This document shows, in pieces, positions 43,596-53,636 of a stretch of 64,000 bases of DNA; the stretch's first letter is position 1; every line of letters begins with the position of its first letter. The position numbers and the translations under genes are program-made. The notes beneath the pieces were generated by a model that saw only the letters and a list, made by a program, of their open reading frames with translations, did not search any database and was not told where the DNA came from. The stretch lies in IMG/VR virus record IMGVR_UViG_3300020037_010720. One strand, 5' to 3'. This stretch comes from an uncultured virus (IMG/VR IMGVR_UViG_3300020037_010720) (lineage: Duplodnaviria > Heunggongvirae > Uroviricota > Caudoviricetes).

Positions 43596-44464
43596 GCGCG
43601 GACTCCTTTCTTGGCCTTGGCTCGCAGACCTTTGGCGCGCGGCGAGAACCAATACTCCGGCGTGTTACCCGCGCCTTCCCACCGTCCTACTGGCGGGCCG
43701 CTTGCGCGGGACTCGTCGCGTCCGAACACGTTGAAGCCGACGTCGCGCACCGCTGTCGGCCGGAGCAGGTCTCGCATGGTTTGCTTGAGCGCCGCGACTG
43801 CACGTGCCTGGAAGGCCGTGTGCCGGTGGGTCTTCTCTGCCTCCGTCATCTTCGACGGGACCGCTGCCTCCGGGTGCTTCTCGGTGATGTATTCCGTCAG
43901 CCACCAGAGCAGCATCGGGTCGGGCTTCCGCCTGCCGAACTTCTGGCGCTCATCACTCGGCAGGCGCTTCCACAGCCCCCAGACCTTGCCGTTCTTCTCG
44001 GAGCCCTCGGCCTTGTGCACAAGCTCGTTCTCCTCGCCTTCGACCTTGCCTGCACCGACGAGGTAGAGCACGCTGCCGTGCTTGTCCCACCAGCGCCGCA
44101 CCGCTCGCTCACGTCGGCGGACGAACGACTCGCGGCCCGGATCGGCGTCGACCTTGTTGCCCACCTCTCGTGTAAAACGCACCGCGAAGTGCAGATTGCT
44201 GGGCCCGAGGTAGGGCGCAACGACGAGGTAGAGCCCGGCTATTGGTGTCGTCAACATCCAGGAGCACAGGTCCTTGTGGTCGTCGCTCCCGATGTTCGGC
44301 CAGCCAAAGCGCCGCAGCATATAAACCGCGAGCCAAGGACCAGGCACCTTGTCGACGAATACATCATCGGCGATCTTCGCCAGGTTGATGCCGGGCCCGC
44401 CTGCATACCCGCTGTCCCACCTCGTATTCTTGGGACACAGCGTGGTCGTGAATTTGTGTGGCAC
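43592..44464 (-). CDS. hypothetical phage protein (YMLRRFGWP...LTTP)
   Basis: Coherent ORF with lower GC3; start uncertain. Confidence 0.6.
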   Translation of the reverse strand: MPHKFTTTLCPKNTRWDSGYAGGPGINLAKIADDVFVDKVPGPWLAVYMLRRFGWPNIGSDDHKDLCSWMLTTPIAGLYLVVAPYLGPSNLHFAVRFTREVGNKVDADPGRESFVRRRERAVRRWWDKHGSVLYLVGAGKVEGEENELVHKAEGSEKNGKVWGLWKRLPSDERQKFGRRKPDPMLLWWLTEYITEKHPEAAVPSKMTEAEKTHRHTAFQARAVAALKQTMRDLLRPTAVRDVGFNVFGRDESRASGPPVGRWEGAGNTPEYWFSPRAKGLRAKAKKGVRA

Positions 44465-44557
44465 GGCCACAAGACGGGCGGCGGGCGGCCAGCATTCACC
44501 GCCACAGCTTGAGCTGGCCCGGGGATCCTTTTCACGGGAAGCGGGAACTACAAGGCC

Positions 44558-44932
44558 ATGAGCAACAGCACCATCATCGTCGCGTCCTCCGGCCCCCGCA
44601 CCGTCCTCGGCATCGACGAGCCCGGGCCCGGCGGCGCCCATCACCGCTACCAGGTCGTCGAGACCGCCACGCGCCGGGTCCTCGCCGAGATCAGCATGCA
44701 GTTCGGCCCCGAGGGCGAGAACGCGATCAACGGGGTTCAGCACGTCGACCTGCTCGCCATCGTCCAGCACCGGCTCGACTGCTTCCAGCGCGGGCCCTTC
44801 GCGTCGCCGGTGAATGAGGTCACCTGCGGCGCGGTGTCGGCGGCGATCGCCAGCGAGGGGACCAGGACGCGGCGCCGAGCTGCCGCTGGTGTCGAGGGGA
44901 CCTCGGCCAAGGCCGCTGGCGTCGAGACCTAG
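44558..44932 (+). CDS. tad1: Tad1-like anti-defence (cyclic nucleotide sponge) protein
   Basis: GPGGAHHRY, MQFGP, NGV...DLLAIV.HRL..FQRGPF and R...R...GVEGT, the Tad1-family pattern. Confidence 0.75.
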   Translation: MSNSTIIVASSGPRTVLGIDEPGPGGAHHRYQVVETATRRVLAEISMQFGPEGENAINGVQHVDLLAIVQHRLDCFQRGPFASPVNEVTCGAVSAAIASEGTRTRRRAAAGVEGTSAKAAGVET

Positions 44933-45837
44933 CGTGCCAGCGCGAGCCGCATCGCCTGACGCGTGATCGGCCCGAAGATGCCGTCGGGCCGGAGCCGCTC
45001 GGCCAGCTGGAAGGCCTTGAGCGCGTGCATGGTGAATGGGCCCATGGCCCCGTCGACCTTGCCCGGGTCGTAGCCGAGCTCGACGAGCGCGCGCTGGACC
45101 TGCTCGGTCGTGTTGAGTGGCCGCTGGTCCTCGTGCCCCGGCGTCAGCTCGACGATCTCGTCCTCGCCTCGGCGGACCCGGACCCAGTTCTCGAGGTAGC
45201 CGCCCGGGCAGGCGGGCTTGCCGAGCTCGGCGTGGCTCTTGAGCGTGTCGACGCCGAGCTTGAGCTGGTGCCGCGCCATCACGAAGTCGACGAGGCGGTC
45301 GAGACAGGCCATGGCCTCCTCGCCGGGCTTGGCGTGGGCCCGGCTGTCCTTGGCGCTCGCGAGCAGGTCGTGCTTGCTCGCATACCAGCCTCCGACGACG
45401 ATCCCGATGCCGTGCTGGTTGTAGAGGCCCCCGGTGTGCCAGGTCGACCAGTCGTCGTCCCAGATCTTGTAGACGACGAGGCGACCGTCTTCGGACGCGG
45501 GGTATGCGGGGATCACGTAGGTGTACGGGATCCCCGGCCAGCCACGACCCCCGCCGATGATGATGGGCTTGCCGTGCTTGTCGCGGAGCATGACGCCCAA
45601 GTCGTCGAGCTTGTATCGCGGAGGCGCGATGCAGAAATCTGCAAGTCGCTCGACCGCGTGGATCCCCTCGTAGAACCCCCCGGCGCTGTGGTGGACCACC
45701 GCAGTTTTGATGCGGCGACCGGGGACTTTCACGAATGCTTCGTTGCCGGCGTTCTCCTTGGGGAAGTTCGGGCCTCGCCGAAACCCGTCCAGGAAGCGGA
45801 TCCGCATCGTGTCGTCTTCGAACTCGATCCTGCTCAT
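44929..45837 (-). CDS. endolysin: Amidase_2 plus peptidoglycan-binding domain
   Basis: VVHHS, TWHTG, SHAEL..ACPG; VQRAL...GY..G.VDG.MGP.T..A..AFQ. Confidence 0.9.
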   Translation of the reverse strand: MSRIEFEDDTMRIRFLDGFRRGPNFPKENAGNEAFVKVPGRRIKTAVVHHSAGGFYEGIHAVERLADFCIAPPRYKLDDLGVMLRDKHGKPIIIGGGRGWPGIPYTYVIPAYPASEDGRLVVYKIWDDDWSTWHTGGLYNQHGIGIVVGGWYASKHDLLASAKDSRAHAKPGEEAMACLDRLVDFVMARHQLKLGVDTLKSHAELGKPACPGGYLENWVRVRRGEDEIVELTPGHEDQRPLNTTEQVQRALVELGYDPGKVDGAMGPFTMHALKAFQLAERLRPDGIFGPITRQAMRLALAR

Positions 45838-45907
45838 GCGGAATTCGTAGCACGCCGTGAACATCGTCGCGGAGGCGTCGTCTGGTTCGGCAGGAGCGAC
45901 AAGAACA

Positions 45908-47170
45908 ATGCCAGCCAACTTTCCAATTGTTTTCGCGATGTTACTGGGGTCCAGCGACCTCAACACCGATGCCGACTGCCAGCCGAGCATCGCGGCTGCA
46001 GCGCCGACCGCGGATCGCCCGTGGGTCGAGATCCGCAACACCTGCAGCACGCCGCAGAGCCTCGACACGACGGTGCTGCGCTGGGCCGGTGACGACTTCG
46101 GCTGGGGGGCGACCGCGCTGTCCGGCGCGCTGGCCCCCGGCGAATGCACGCTCGTCACAGACTTCGATCAGCCCTTGATCGAGGGCGAGTGCGGGGCCGC
46201 CTTCGCGTTGTTCAGCGTCTTCGACGACGCGCTCACGACCTCGCCGTGGAGCGAGGTCTGGTACGGCGACGTCGAGTGCTCGACCGACGTGGAGAGACCG
46301 ACGAACGCCGAGCACATCGAGCTGCAGGGCGACGCCTGGGTCCTCGTGCAGGGCACGGCGCCGACGTGCGCCAAGGCCCCGCCCACGGTGCCGCCGGTGA
46401 TCATCCCGGCGCCGCTGTGCGCCCCGCTGGACGAGCAGGGCAAGGTCTACTGCGAGGCGCACCCGTGGGGCCGAGCACCCGGGTGCAAGGAGGAGCAGAG
46501 CGCGGCGGAGTGCCTCTCCATCTTGGAGCCGCTCGCGGACTGCGGCTTCTCGACCTGCGAGTACGAGGCCTGCGCGAACGCGTTGGCCGAAGCGACCTGC
46601 ACGGCCCGGCCCAAGGTGTGCGACGAGATCGTCGAGTGCCTCAACGCGGGCATCTCGTCCTGCGTGTACTCCTCGGTGCCGGTGCCAGTGCTGCCGGTGC
46701 TGCGGACCTGCGCTCCAGATCCCGATGTCTGCTCACAGCTGACCGACGCGTGTATCGAGGATGGGCTCGATGCGGCGACGTGCGTCGCTTTCGGCCAGAA
46801 CGTCTGTCCGTCTGGCGAATACGTGGCCTGCGAGGCGGTCACGAGGATGTGTGAAGGCGAGAGCAGCACCTGCGAGGCGATCTCCAAGGTCTGCACCGCC
46901 AACTTCGACGCCTGCCAAGCACCTGCCTGCAAAGCCACGAAGGACCTCAGCGCGGCCGAGTCGGTGGGGTTCTGCTTCGCCTATCCGGCGCGACTTGAGG
47001 GCTGCGGCGCCACCCCCGACATCGGGACCTGCATGGAGATGCTGACCTGGAACGGCTGCGATGTGACGACCTGCGAGTGGAAAACGTGCATGGCCGACCT
47101 CGCCGCGCTCGACCAATGCCCGGTCAAGCTCCCGGCAAGTTGTTCTGGCGTTGAAAAGTGCGCGCTGTAA
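45908..47170 (+). CDS. Cys-rich secreted protein, lamin-tail-like N-terminus (moron)
   Basis: Hydrophobic N-terminus; WVEIRNTC...LAPGEC; about 37 Cys; internal duplicated 9-Cys module. Confidence 0.7.
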   Translation: MPANFPIVFAMLLGSSDLNTDADCQPSIAAAAPTADRPWVEIRNTCSTPQSLDTTVLRWAGDDFGWGATALSGALAPGECTLVTDFDQPLIEGECGAAFALFSVFDDALTTSPWSEVWYGDVECSTDVERPTNAEHIELQGDAWVLVQGTAPTCAKAPPTVPPVIIPAPLCAPLDEQGKVYCEAHPWGRAPGCKEEQSAAECLSILEPLADCGFSTCEYEACANALAEATCTARPKVCDEIVECLNAGISSCVYSSVPVPVLPVLRTCAPDPDVCSQLTDACIEDGLDAATCVAFGQNVCPSGEYVACEAVTRMCEGESSTCEAISKVCTANFDACQAPACKATKDLSAAESVGFCFAYPARLEGCGATPDIGTCMEMLTWNGCDVTTCEWKTCMADLAALDQCPVKLPASCSGVEKCAL

Positions 47171-47173
47171 CTG

Positions 47174-48748
47174 TCATCGGAGGGCGAGCACGGCGTCTCG
47201 ATAGCACTTGCCCACGATGTCAGCGATGATGCCGATTCCGGTTGAAGACGCAGAGACGATCGTGACGTTGCCGCTGGCGCTCGTGACGACCGGGATCATG
47301 GCTCCGAAGAGCTGCTCGCCCGCGTCGTTGTTGCTGAACTGGTTTGCGTATGTGCCCTGTGTAATCGCGTCGTCGCCGAGGAAGTCGGTCAGATGGATCT
47401 TCGCATTGTCAGCCGGGTCGATGCGGATGCGGAGTTGGAGATCCATGTCACGGGCCGTGACGGGCCACTGGACCACGTCCGCGCCAGCCATCTGCGTCCA
47501 CACGTTGTAGGCAGTCGGCGCGGCGATCGGCAGGTCGGCGAGGAAGCTCTTGCCAGGCTTGCGCTTCGTAGCGATTGTGGTTCCGACGCAGAGCTGGGTG
47601 ACGATCTGGTTGCCGGCGAGCTCGAAGAACCCGGAGCCGAGGTATACCCACGACGCCGCGGCAGACGTGGCAAAGCCCGCCTCGGCGAAGAACTCGTGGG
47701 AGAACGACCCGGTCCCACTCGACGCGCCGGCGGGGTGGCTCACGTCGGGAGCCTTCGACGACGCGATGATGATGCAGCCGCTCTGCCGCGCGACGTCGTA
47801 GAAGCCTCCGCTCGTCCCGTAGAGGTTGGTGGTGTCCGGGGTCCACAGCTCGCGGCCCGCGAGCTGCGCGTCGTAGCCCGCAGGGTACGGCGCCGGGATC
47901 GCGTAGAAGTACACGACGGTGTCGGCACCAGGCAGGCCGCCGCCGTCCCACGTCATCGACGTGACCAGGCACTGGACCGTCTGGCTGATGCGGAAGTTGT
48001 GGTGGAACTTGCCGCCGAAGCGACCGTTCACCGCGTTGACGAGCGAGCCGGTGAGGCTGCCGCCAGCGAAGCTGATGCCGCCGCCCGTGACGTTGCGGGC
48101 GTACGTGCTGTTGAGCGTCGACGTGTTCCAGCCCTCGCGGTCGATGGCCCGGAGGCTGAGCAGGGGCCGGCAGTACACGACCTTGGTCTGGTCGACCGCG
48201 ACGGCGCCGCCGGGGACCTGGACGTACGCGAGCGGGATCCAGCCGGGCGTGCCAGCTGGGATGCCAGGAGACGCGCTCGGCGTGCCGGACCTGACCTGAA
48301 ATTGGGGGTAGGACTGGACCTCCTTCACCATGTTCACGACCGTGAAGGTGCCGGTCAGCGGATCGAACTGGTCGCGCGGCTGCGTCGAGCTGGTCTGCGA
48401 CCCGGGCCGCATCTCGACGACGTCCCACCGCGCCAGCCCGTCCGCCGCCGGATGCGTCACCTGCCGCACGACACGCGACTCGCACCACACGACCTGGGAT
48501 TGCGGGAAGGTCTTGGTGTTGTCGTAGAACAGCGCGACGCCCGGCGAGATAGCCGAGGTCATGGTGCCGTCGAGCGGGGTCACCAGGAATGCTGTGTCTC
48601 CCAGGACGCCGGTCTCGCGCACCGAGCCGGAGACCACAGCGGCGAGGCCCTCGAGGAGGCCGCGGCTGCCGAGCTCGACCTGGCGATTCCAGTCGCTGGA
48701 GAGGGCGCGCTCGCGGGTGTTGATCTGTCCGTGGTCTGGGGTCGTCAT
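47174..48748 (-). CDS. virion tail/baseplate-associated structural protein
   Basis: 524 aa; position after baseplate genes; GWIPLAYVQVP motif. Confidence 0.6.
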   Translation of the reverse strand: MTTPDHGQINTRERALSSDWNRQVELGSRGLLEGLAAVVSGSVRETGVLGDTAFLVTPLDGTMTSAISPGVALFYDNTKTFPQSQVVWCESRVVRQVTHPAADGLARWDVVEMRPGSQTSSTQPRDQFDPLTGTFTVVNMVKEVQSYPQFQVRSGTPSASPGIPAGTPGWIPLAYVQVPGGAVAVDQTKVVYCRPLLSLRAIDREGWNTSTLNSTYARNVTGGGISFAGGSLTGSLVNAVNGRFGGKFHHNFRISQTVQCLVTSMTWDGGGLPGADTVVYFYAIPAPYPAGYDAQLAGRELWTPDTTNLYGTSGGFYDVARQSGCIIIASSKAPDVSHPAGASSGTGSFSHEFFAEAGFATSAAASWVYLGSGFFELAGNQIVTQLCVGTTIATKRKPGKSFLADLPIAAPTAYNVWTQMAGADVVQWPVTARDMDLQLRIRIDPADNAKIHLTDFLGDDAITQGTYANQFSNNDAGEQLFGAMIPVVTSASGNVTIVSASSTGIGIIADIVGKCYRDAVLALR

Positions 48749-50565
48749 GGCGGCACGTTCAATCCTGGGTCGGGCAGCATCTCAAACAGGACGCCCCCGA
48801 GTTTTCTGCGCATCATCTCTTTGTAGATGGTCGGATACACGTTGTAGCTGGCGACGGGCGAGAACCCGTCCATGAACCCGTCGTCGAAGCAGGGGCCGAG
48901 GTAGAGACCCTTGTCCGGCAGGTAGATCGAGGGGCCCACGTCGAAGAAGATCCCGAAGTCGTCATCGGCGATCCATGGGACCTGCACGTAGAAGAACCCG
49001 TATGCCTCGGTCATGTCGAGCATGAGGCGCCACGGGTTGGTCGGGTACGGGTCGCCGGCCTCGTAGTAGTCGAAGAAGTCCTCGTCGAAGAAGAAGCCGA
49101 GGACCTCGCCGCCGATGTCGACGACGCGGCCCTTGTACTTGAGGGGCGCGAGCAGCCGGTTCACGACGCGCGTGAGAGCTGCGGGCGTGACCACGTCCGG
49201 GAGCGTGGCGATGCGGCGCCGGAATTGCTCCTCGGTCTCGTTCTGCTCCGGGTACATGCCGCGGTTGTCGCCGAGCATGCCGAGGTCGTCCTCGCGGCCC
49301 AGGGTGATCTGGCGCAGCGAGGTGATTTGGAACCCGAGGTCGCGCCAGTCCCTGACGATCCACTCGATCGTGCCGGCCTCGCCGGCGAGGGGCTCGAAGC
49401 ACAGGGGGTAGCCGTACCCCGCGATCGGCACCGTGGTGATCGAGACGAAGCCCGTGACCCTGGCCCTGACCCAGTAGGCCTCGATCGCCTTCACGGTCGT
49501 CTTGACCTGCATGGCGATCGAGCCGACGTGCACGATGCTCGACGACCGAAACCCGGACGTGCCGTCGAGCATCGCGGGCGAAGTCACCCACGCCACCCCG
49601 TCCCAGATCTCCCAGACCAGGGTCCACTCGCCAACCGCGAGCTGGTCGATGCGGAGCTGGAGCTCGTTGATGGGCGCGGCGGCTCCGAAGTAAAACGCGT
49701 CACCGTTGGCCACCGCCGGGTCCAGGAGCGGCACGTCGAGCTCGCCGTAGTTGTTGATCAGGTCCGTGTAGTCGGTCAGGGTCCCGCCCACGTCCTGGAT
49801 CGCGGCCTGGAACTCCTCGCGCACATGGTCATCGTCGAGCAGCGCGATCGTGGGGCGGATGTTGCTGCCCGGCGGCTCCTCGATGCCGGGCCAGCGGTGA
49901 TCCCGGATGCGCCAGAGCCGACCGATGTTGTTGGCCTCGGCCGAGTCGAGGATCTCGACGTAGAGGCCCGCGTCGCCGGCCTCGAAGACGGCCGGCTTGC
50001 CCGAGTCCTTGATCGCGCTCGTGCCCTCGCTGACGATGGAGGACGCGCCTCGGTTCGAGCGACCGCGGGACTGGTTCGCCAGCGCGACGTACTCGACGGG
50101 GATCCAGCCGTCCGGCTTGCCCTTGGGGCCGTTCAGGTCGTCGTTGATGAGGAAGTCGAGGTTGCCGGCCTCGCCGGCGACGATGCTGGCGAAGATGACC
50201 TCGCGGACCGCGTTGTCGTCACGGCGCGCGTAGTCGACAAGCTCGGTGTTGACGAAGATGCGCCCGTCCGGGCCCTCGATGATCATGCGCCCCGGCTCGG
50301 CCCGCAGCGCGAGGTCCGTGTTGCCCGTGCGGGTGAGCTCGACCATGTAGCGCGCGCGCCGTGCGAACGAGGCGGGCGGGCCTTTTTGCAGCGAATTCGG
50401 CAGCAGGTACTTCGACTCGCTGTTGCGAATCCGCCGGGCCGACAGCGTAGCGAGCCCGTGGGCGATGGCTTCGTAGATCGGCTTGTTGTTGACCGTGTTG
50501 ATCCCGTCGCGCTCGGCCTGCGGGACCAGTGCGAGGATCGCCTGGAAGACTTCGTCGCGGGTCAT
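48745..50565 (-). CDS. baseplate wedge (gpI-like) structural protein
   Basis: LGMLGDNRG...ETEEQFRRRI; synteny. Confidence 0.55.
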   Translation of the reverse strand: MTRDEVFQAILALVPQAERDGINTVNNKPIYEAIAHGLATLSARRIRNSESKYLLPNSLQKGPPASFARRARYMVELTRTGNTDLALRAEPGRMIIEGPDGRIFVNTELVDYARRDDNAVREVIFASIVAGEAGNLDFLINDDLNGPKGKPDGWIPVEYVALANQSRGRSNRGASSIVSEGTSAIKDSGKPAVFEAGDAGLYVEILDSAEANNIGRLWRIRDHRWPGIEEPPGSNIRPTIALLDDDHVREEFQAAIQDVGGTLTDYTDLINNYGELDVPLLDPAVANGDAFYFGAAAPINELQLRIDQLAVGEWTLVWEIWDGVAWVTSPAMLDGTSGFRSSSIVHVGSIAMQVKTTVKAIEAYWVRARVTGFVSITTVPIAGYGYPLCFEPLAGEAGTIEWIVRDWRDLGFQITSLRQITLGREDDLGMLGDNRGMYPEQNETEEQFRRRIATLPDVVTPAALTRVVNRLLAPLKYKGRVVDIGGEVLGFFFDEDFFDYYEAGDPYPTNPWRLMLDMTEAYGFFYVQVPWIADDDFGIFFDVGPSIYLPDKGLYLGPCFDDGFMDGFSPVASYNVYPTIYKEMMRRKLGGVLFEMLPDPGLNVPP

Positions 50566-50942
50566 AGCCGGCGTCCTCTCTCGCCCTGGAGCTGGGCGAG
50601 CTGCAGCGCGAATGCGGCGCTGTCGTGCGGCATCGCCTCGGGCTCAGTCCGCGATCTGGGAGCCGCGAGCGAGAGGAGGTACTTGCGCCAGCGCTCCTTC
50701 CCCGCGGCCCGAAACTCGGGCGAGAGCCGCCCGCGGGTCTCGATCGGCGGCTCGGGGTAGCGTTGAACGATGTCGACCTCGGGCTCGATCTCCCACTCGC
50801 ACTCGCTGCAGAACAGCGGCGCGTCCGGGGCGTCGCGGCCCTCGAGCGCGACCGTCGTGACGAACGCGCGGTCCATCATGCACCGCCGGCAAAACCAGAT
50901 GCCCTCAACAGGTGGTGGCCGCTCGAAAAAGGCGTAGGTCAC
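50562..50942 (-). CDS. hypothetical zinc-ribbon protein inserted in the baseplate operon
   Basis: CRRC...CSEC; coupled at both ends. Confidence 0.55.
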   Translation of the reverse strand: MTYAFFERPPPVEGIWFCRRCMMDRAFVTTVALEGRDAPDAPLFCSECEWEIEPEVDIVQRYPEPPIETRGRLSPEFRAAGKERWRKYLLSLAAPRSRTEPEAMPHDSAAFALQLAQLQGERGRRL

Positions 50943-52063
50943 TGGAACTGCACGTCCTTGGCCCGGATGCGGTTGGTGTACCCCGCCGGCGGCTCGACGT
51001 CATTGGCCGGCTGGACGAGCGACCCGGCCGGCACGCCCTCGAAGCCCTCGATGGCCTTGGCGATGGAGAACAGATCGGCACGCTCGATGGGGATGTCGGC
51101 CCCGAGGGTGTCGGCGAACGCGATCATCTTCGCGGACAGTTCGCTCTGCAGCGTCGCCAGCGTGTAGCCCGCCTTGGCCTTGAGCCCGGACCACAGGACC
51201 TTGACCTCGTTGACCAGGCTGCCGACGAGCAGGACCGGGATGCCCGCGCCTCGCCACTCCTGGAGCGTTGTGCGCGTGTCGGCGACGAGCGCGGTGCCGG
51301 CCTGGCCTGCGATGTCGCCGATGGCGAGCCGGACCCGGAAGATGGGGATCTCGTTGTCGTAGGGCTTGACCGGCCGGGTCAGCTCGCGGCCCGTCGCGGT
51401 GACGACCCCCGGGGTCTGCCGGGCCCCGTACTGGATCGCCGACAGGGTCCCGCGGGGCGCGTTCAGGAACCAGTCCCTGGCGCGCGCGAGCAGCTCGGGG
51501 ATGGTCTCGAGCTGGCGCCCACCGCTGGCGGGGTCTCTGTTCGTGCAGGACACGGTCTTGTCCGCGTCGACCGAGATCTTGGTGATCGTGTTCTTGTCGA
51601 CGTTGCCGTCGGGCCCGGTGGTCTCGCAGATCGCCCGGACGACCTTGGTGCCGATCTCGTCGGTGGCCCATGCGACCCCGTCGAGCAGCCGGAACGGGAT
51701 GCCGTCCTTGTCGGTCGAGACGATCGTGTCCTTCTGGATCTCGAGTGCGAAGGTGGCCTGGCGCGAGATCCAGATGTCGACCACCGCGGCGTTCTCGCGG
51801 AAGCGCTGGACCTGCGCGCCGGTGAGGTCGGAGACGAGGCGCTCGGCCTCCTCATCGCCAGCGGTGCCCACGGTGGAGAGGAAGTGGCACAGGTCGAAGC
51901 GCGCGCTCTCCAGCGAGATCTCCTCGCCGGCGCCGCCGACGAGGTTCATGAACACGTTTACGTCGCTGCCCTCGAGGTCCAGGGTCTCCGGCGAGTACAG
52001 GTCCGTGGTCGCCAGACAGCGTGCGCGCATCGCGAGTCGGATATCGTTTTGGCTGAGGCTCAT
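50939..52063 (-). CDS. baseplate J-like protein
   Basis: CETTGPDGNV...N...ASGG...ET..ELLAR...RGT..AI...A..TPGV. Confidence 0.85.
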   Translation of the reverse strand: MSLSQNDIRLAMRARCLATTDLYSPETLDLEGSDVNVFMNLVGGAGEEISLESARFDLCHFLSTVGTAGDEEAERLVSDLTGAQVQRFRENAAVVDIWISRQATFALEIQKDTIVSTDKDGIPFRLLDGVAWATDEIGTKVVRAICETTGPDGNVDKNTITKISVDADKTVSCTNRDPASGGRQLETIPELLARARDWFLNAPRGTLSAIQYGARQTPGVVTATGRELTRPVKPYDNEIPIFRVRLAIGDIAGQAGTALVADTRTTLQEWRGAGIPVLLVGSLVNEVKVLWSGLKAKAGYTLATLQSELSAKMIAFADTLGADIPIERADLFSIAKAIEGFEGVPAGSLVQPANDVEPPAGYTNRIRAKDVQFQ

Positions 52064-52941
52064 GGGATGGCCACGATCTGGCGAACAGTGGTAGGACCAA
52101 AGACCCGCACGTCCACGCGGGCCTCGATGTCGATGGTGTTCGAGGCGGTGATGCGCGCGCTGACAATGCACGAGCGCACGTCCGGCTCCTGCAAGATCTG
52201 CCCGGCGATCGCATTCTCGAGGCGCTGCAAGTCACCGGGGCGGACGAGCGACTTGGGTCGGAAGTCGACCCCGTAGTTGCTGCCGTAGATCAGGTAGCGA
52301 CCCCTGCCTGCGAACATGCGCCTGGCGATGCGCTTGCGAGTGCTGGCGAGCCCGCCGTGCTTGACGAACTGCTGGCTCGGCGTGAGCTGCCAGCCCTGCA
52401 GCGCCGGCGCGCCGCTCTCGTCAAGCGCCATGAACTGGTTGGCGACGTCGAGATAGAGGTCCTGGGCGGCCAGCAGGCCCGACTTCTTCGTCTCGGTCTT
52501 TTTGCTCGGCGTGAGGGCTCGGAAGCCGAATACGTTGGGCCCGGCAAAGACCTCGCCGTCGTCGCCGCGGACGAAGAGCACGGTGAGCTCGTAGTCGACC
52601 CACTTCTCGAGCGCGCAGTCCACGGTCAGGACGACCTGCTTCTCGTCCACGGAGTCGAGCGCCGCGTTCACGACCTCGGCGCCGTGGGTCGGCGCGAACT
52701 TCCCAGCGGGCACGAACTTGCCGCCGCCGGGGAGCTCCTCGGTCGGGTCGATGGGGATGAGCACGTAGTTCGCGTTGTCGCTGGCGTCGTCGAAGGCTCC
52801 GTCGTCCGCGAACTTCGGGTACGCGTCGAAGATGATGGAGAGCTCGGACATGCCGATTGGCACGACCCCCTTGATCGTGATGAGGCCCGGGCCGCCGTAG
52901 GGCCCGAGCTCGCTTCCGAGTGGATCGAGACCGAGGCCCAT
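52060..52941 (-). CDS. baseplate wedge protein with gp25/gpW-like C-terminus
   Basis: RKRIARR...G...YG...QILQEPDV; upstream of J. Confidence 0.65.
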   Translation of the reverse strand: MGLGLDPLGSELGPYGGPGLITIKGVVPIGMSELSIIFDAYPKFADDGAFDDASDNANYVLIPIDPTEELPGGGKFVPAGKFAPTHGAEVVNAALDSVDEKQVVLTVDCALEKWVDYELTVLFVRGDDGEVFAGPNVFGFRALTPSKKTETKKSGLLAAQDLYLDVANQFMALDESGAPALQGWQLTPSQQFVKHGGLASTRKRIARRMFAGRGRYLIYGSNYGVDFRPKSLVRPGDLQRLENAIAGQILQEPDVRSCIVSARITASNTIDIEARVDVRVFGPTTVRQIVAIP

Positions 52942-53636
52942 CAGACGCGCTCCATGACGAGGTGACCGCGCGCGAGCTCGAGGACATCGCCGGTCGGGTC
53001 CGTGTCGAGGGTGGCGATGAGGTGCCACCGGTAGACCCCGTCGCCGGCGGTCGGGATGCCCGCGGTGGTCTCGCCGTCGAGCTTGATGGTGATGACCTGC
53101 ATGTCGTCGACGACCTGGGTCGACGTCGAAAAGACCGCGATGGGGGCGTTGTCTTGGAGCACGTCGATGTCGACCTGGTCCTCTGGCGGGTCCGTGGTGG
53201 GCTGCTCGACCAAGCTCAGCGTGAAGTCGACGCCCGGCCACCAGCCCGCGACGACGATCTCGTGCGCGTCGGAACAGCTCGTGGCGCAGGCCCCGAGGAT
53301 GAACCCTAGGCCCAGGGCCTTGATGGCCGCGATGAGCTTGCTCTGCAGCTGCTTCGCGCCTTCCCCTTGCAGGAGCTCGACCGAGATCTCGTGCTCGACG
53401 CCCATGTAGACGAGCAGGAAGACGTAGTCACCCGGCGCTGGCGGGTCTTTCAAGACCTCGATCTCGTAGGCCTTCGACTTGGGCGGCGCCGAGACCTGCG
53501 CGAGCAGGGTGCGACCCGTCAGCGACAGCGCCATGGTGTGGAGCGGGCTTTGCGGGTCGACCTGCTCGAAGGCCAGCTTCTTCACGAGCGGCAGGCCCGG
53601 GTGGGCCTTGAGATGCACGATGCGCTGGAAGGTCAT
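52941..53636 (-). CDS. putative tail/baseplate structural protein
   Basis: 231 aa; operon context. Confidence 0.55.
   Translation of the reverse strand: MTFQRIVHLKAHPGLPLVKKLAFEQVDPQSPLHTMALSLTGRTLLAQVSAPPKSKAYEIEVLKDPPAPGDYVFLLVYMGVEHEISVELLQGEGAKQLQSKLIAAIKALGLGFILGACATSCSDAHEIVVAGWWPGVDFTLSLVEQPTTDPPEDQVDIDVLQDNAPIAVFSTSTQVVDDMQVITIKLDGETTAGIPTAGDGVYRWHLIATLDTDPTGDVLELARGHLVMERV

Noticed and set aside
43592..45853. 753-aa ORF as a single gene
   Set aside because: Its 5' two-thirds overlaps the amidase and Tad1-like genes and is low-complexity; only the 3' ~290 codons look coding
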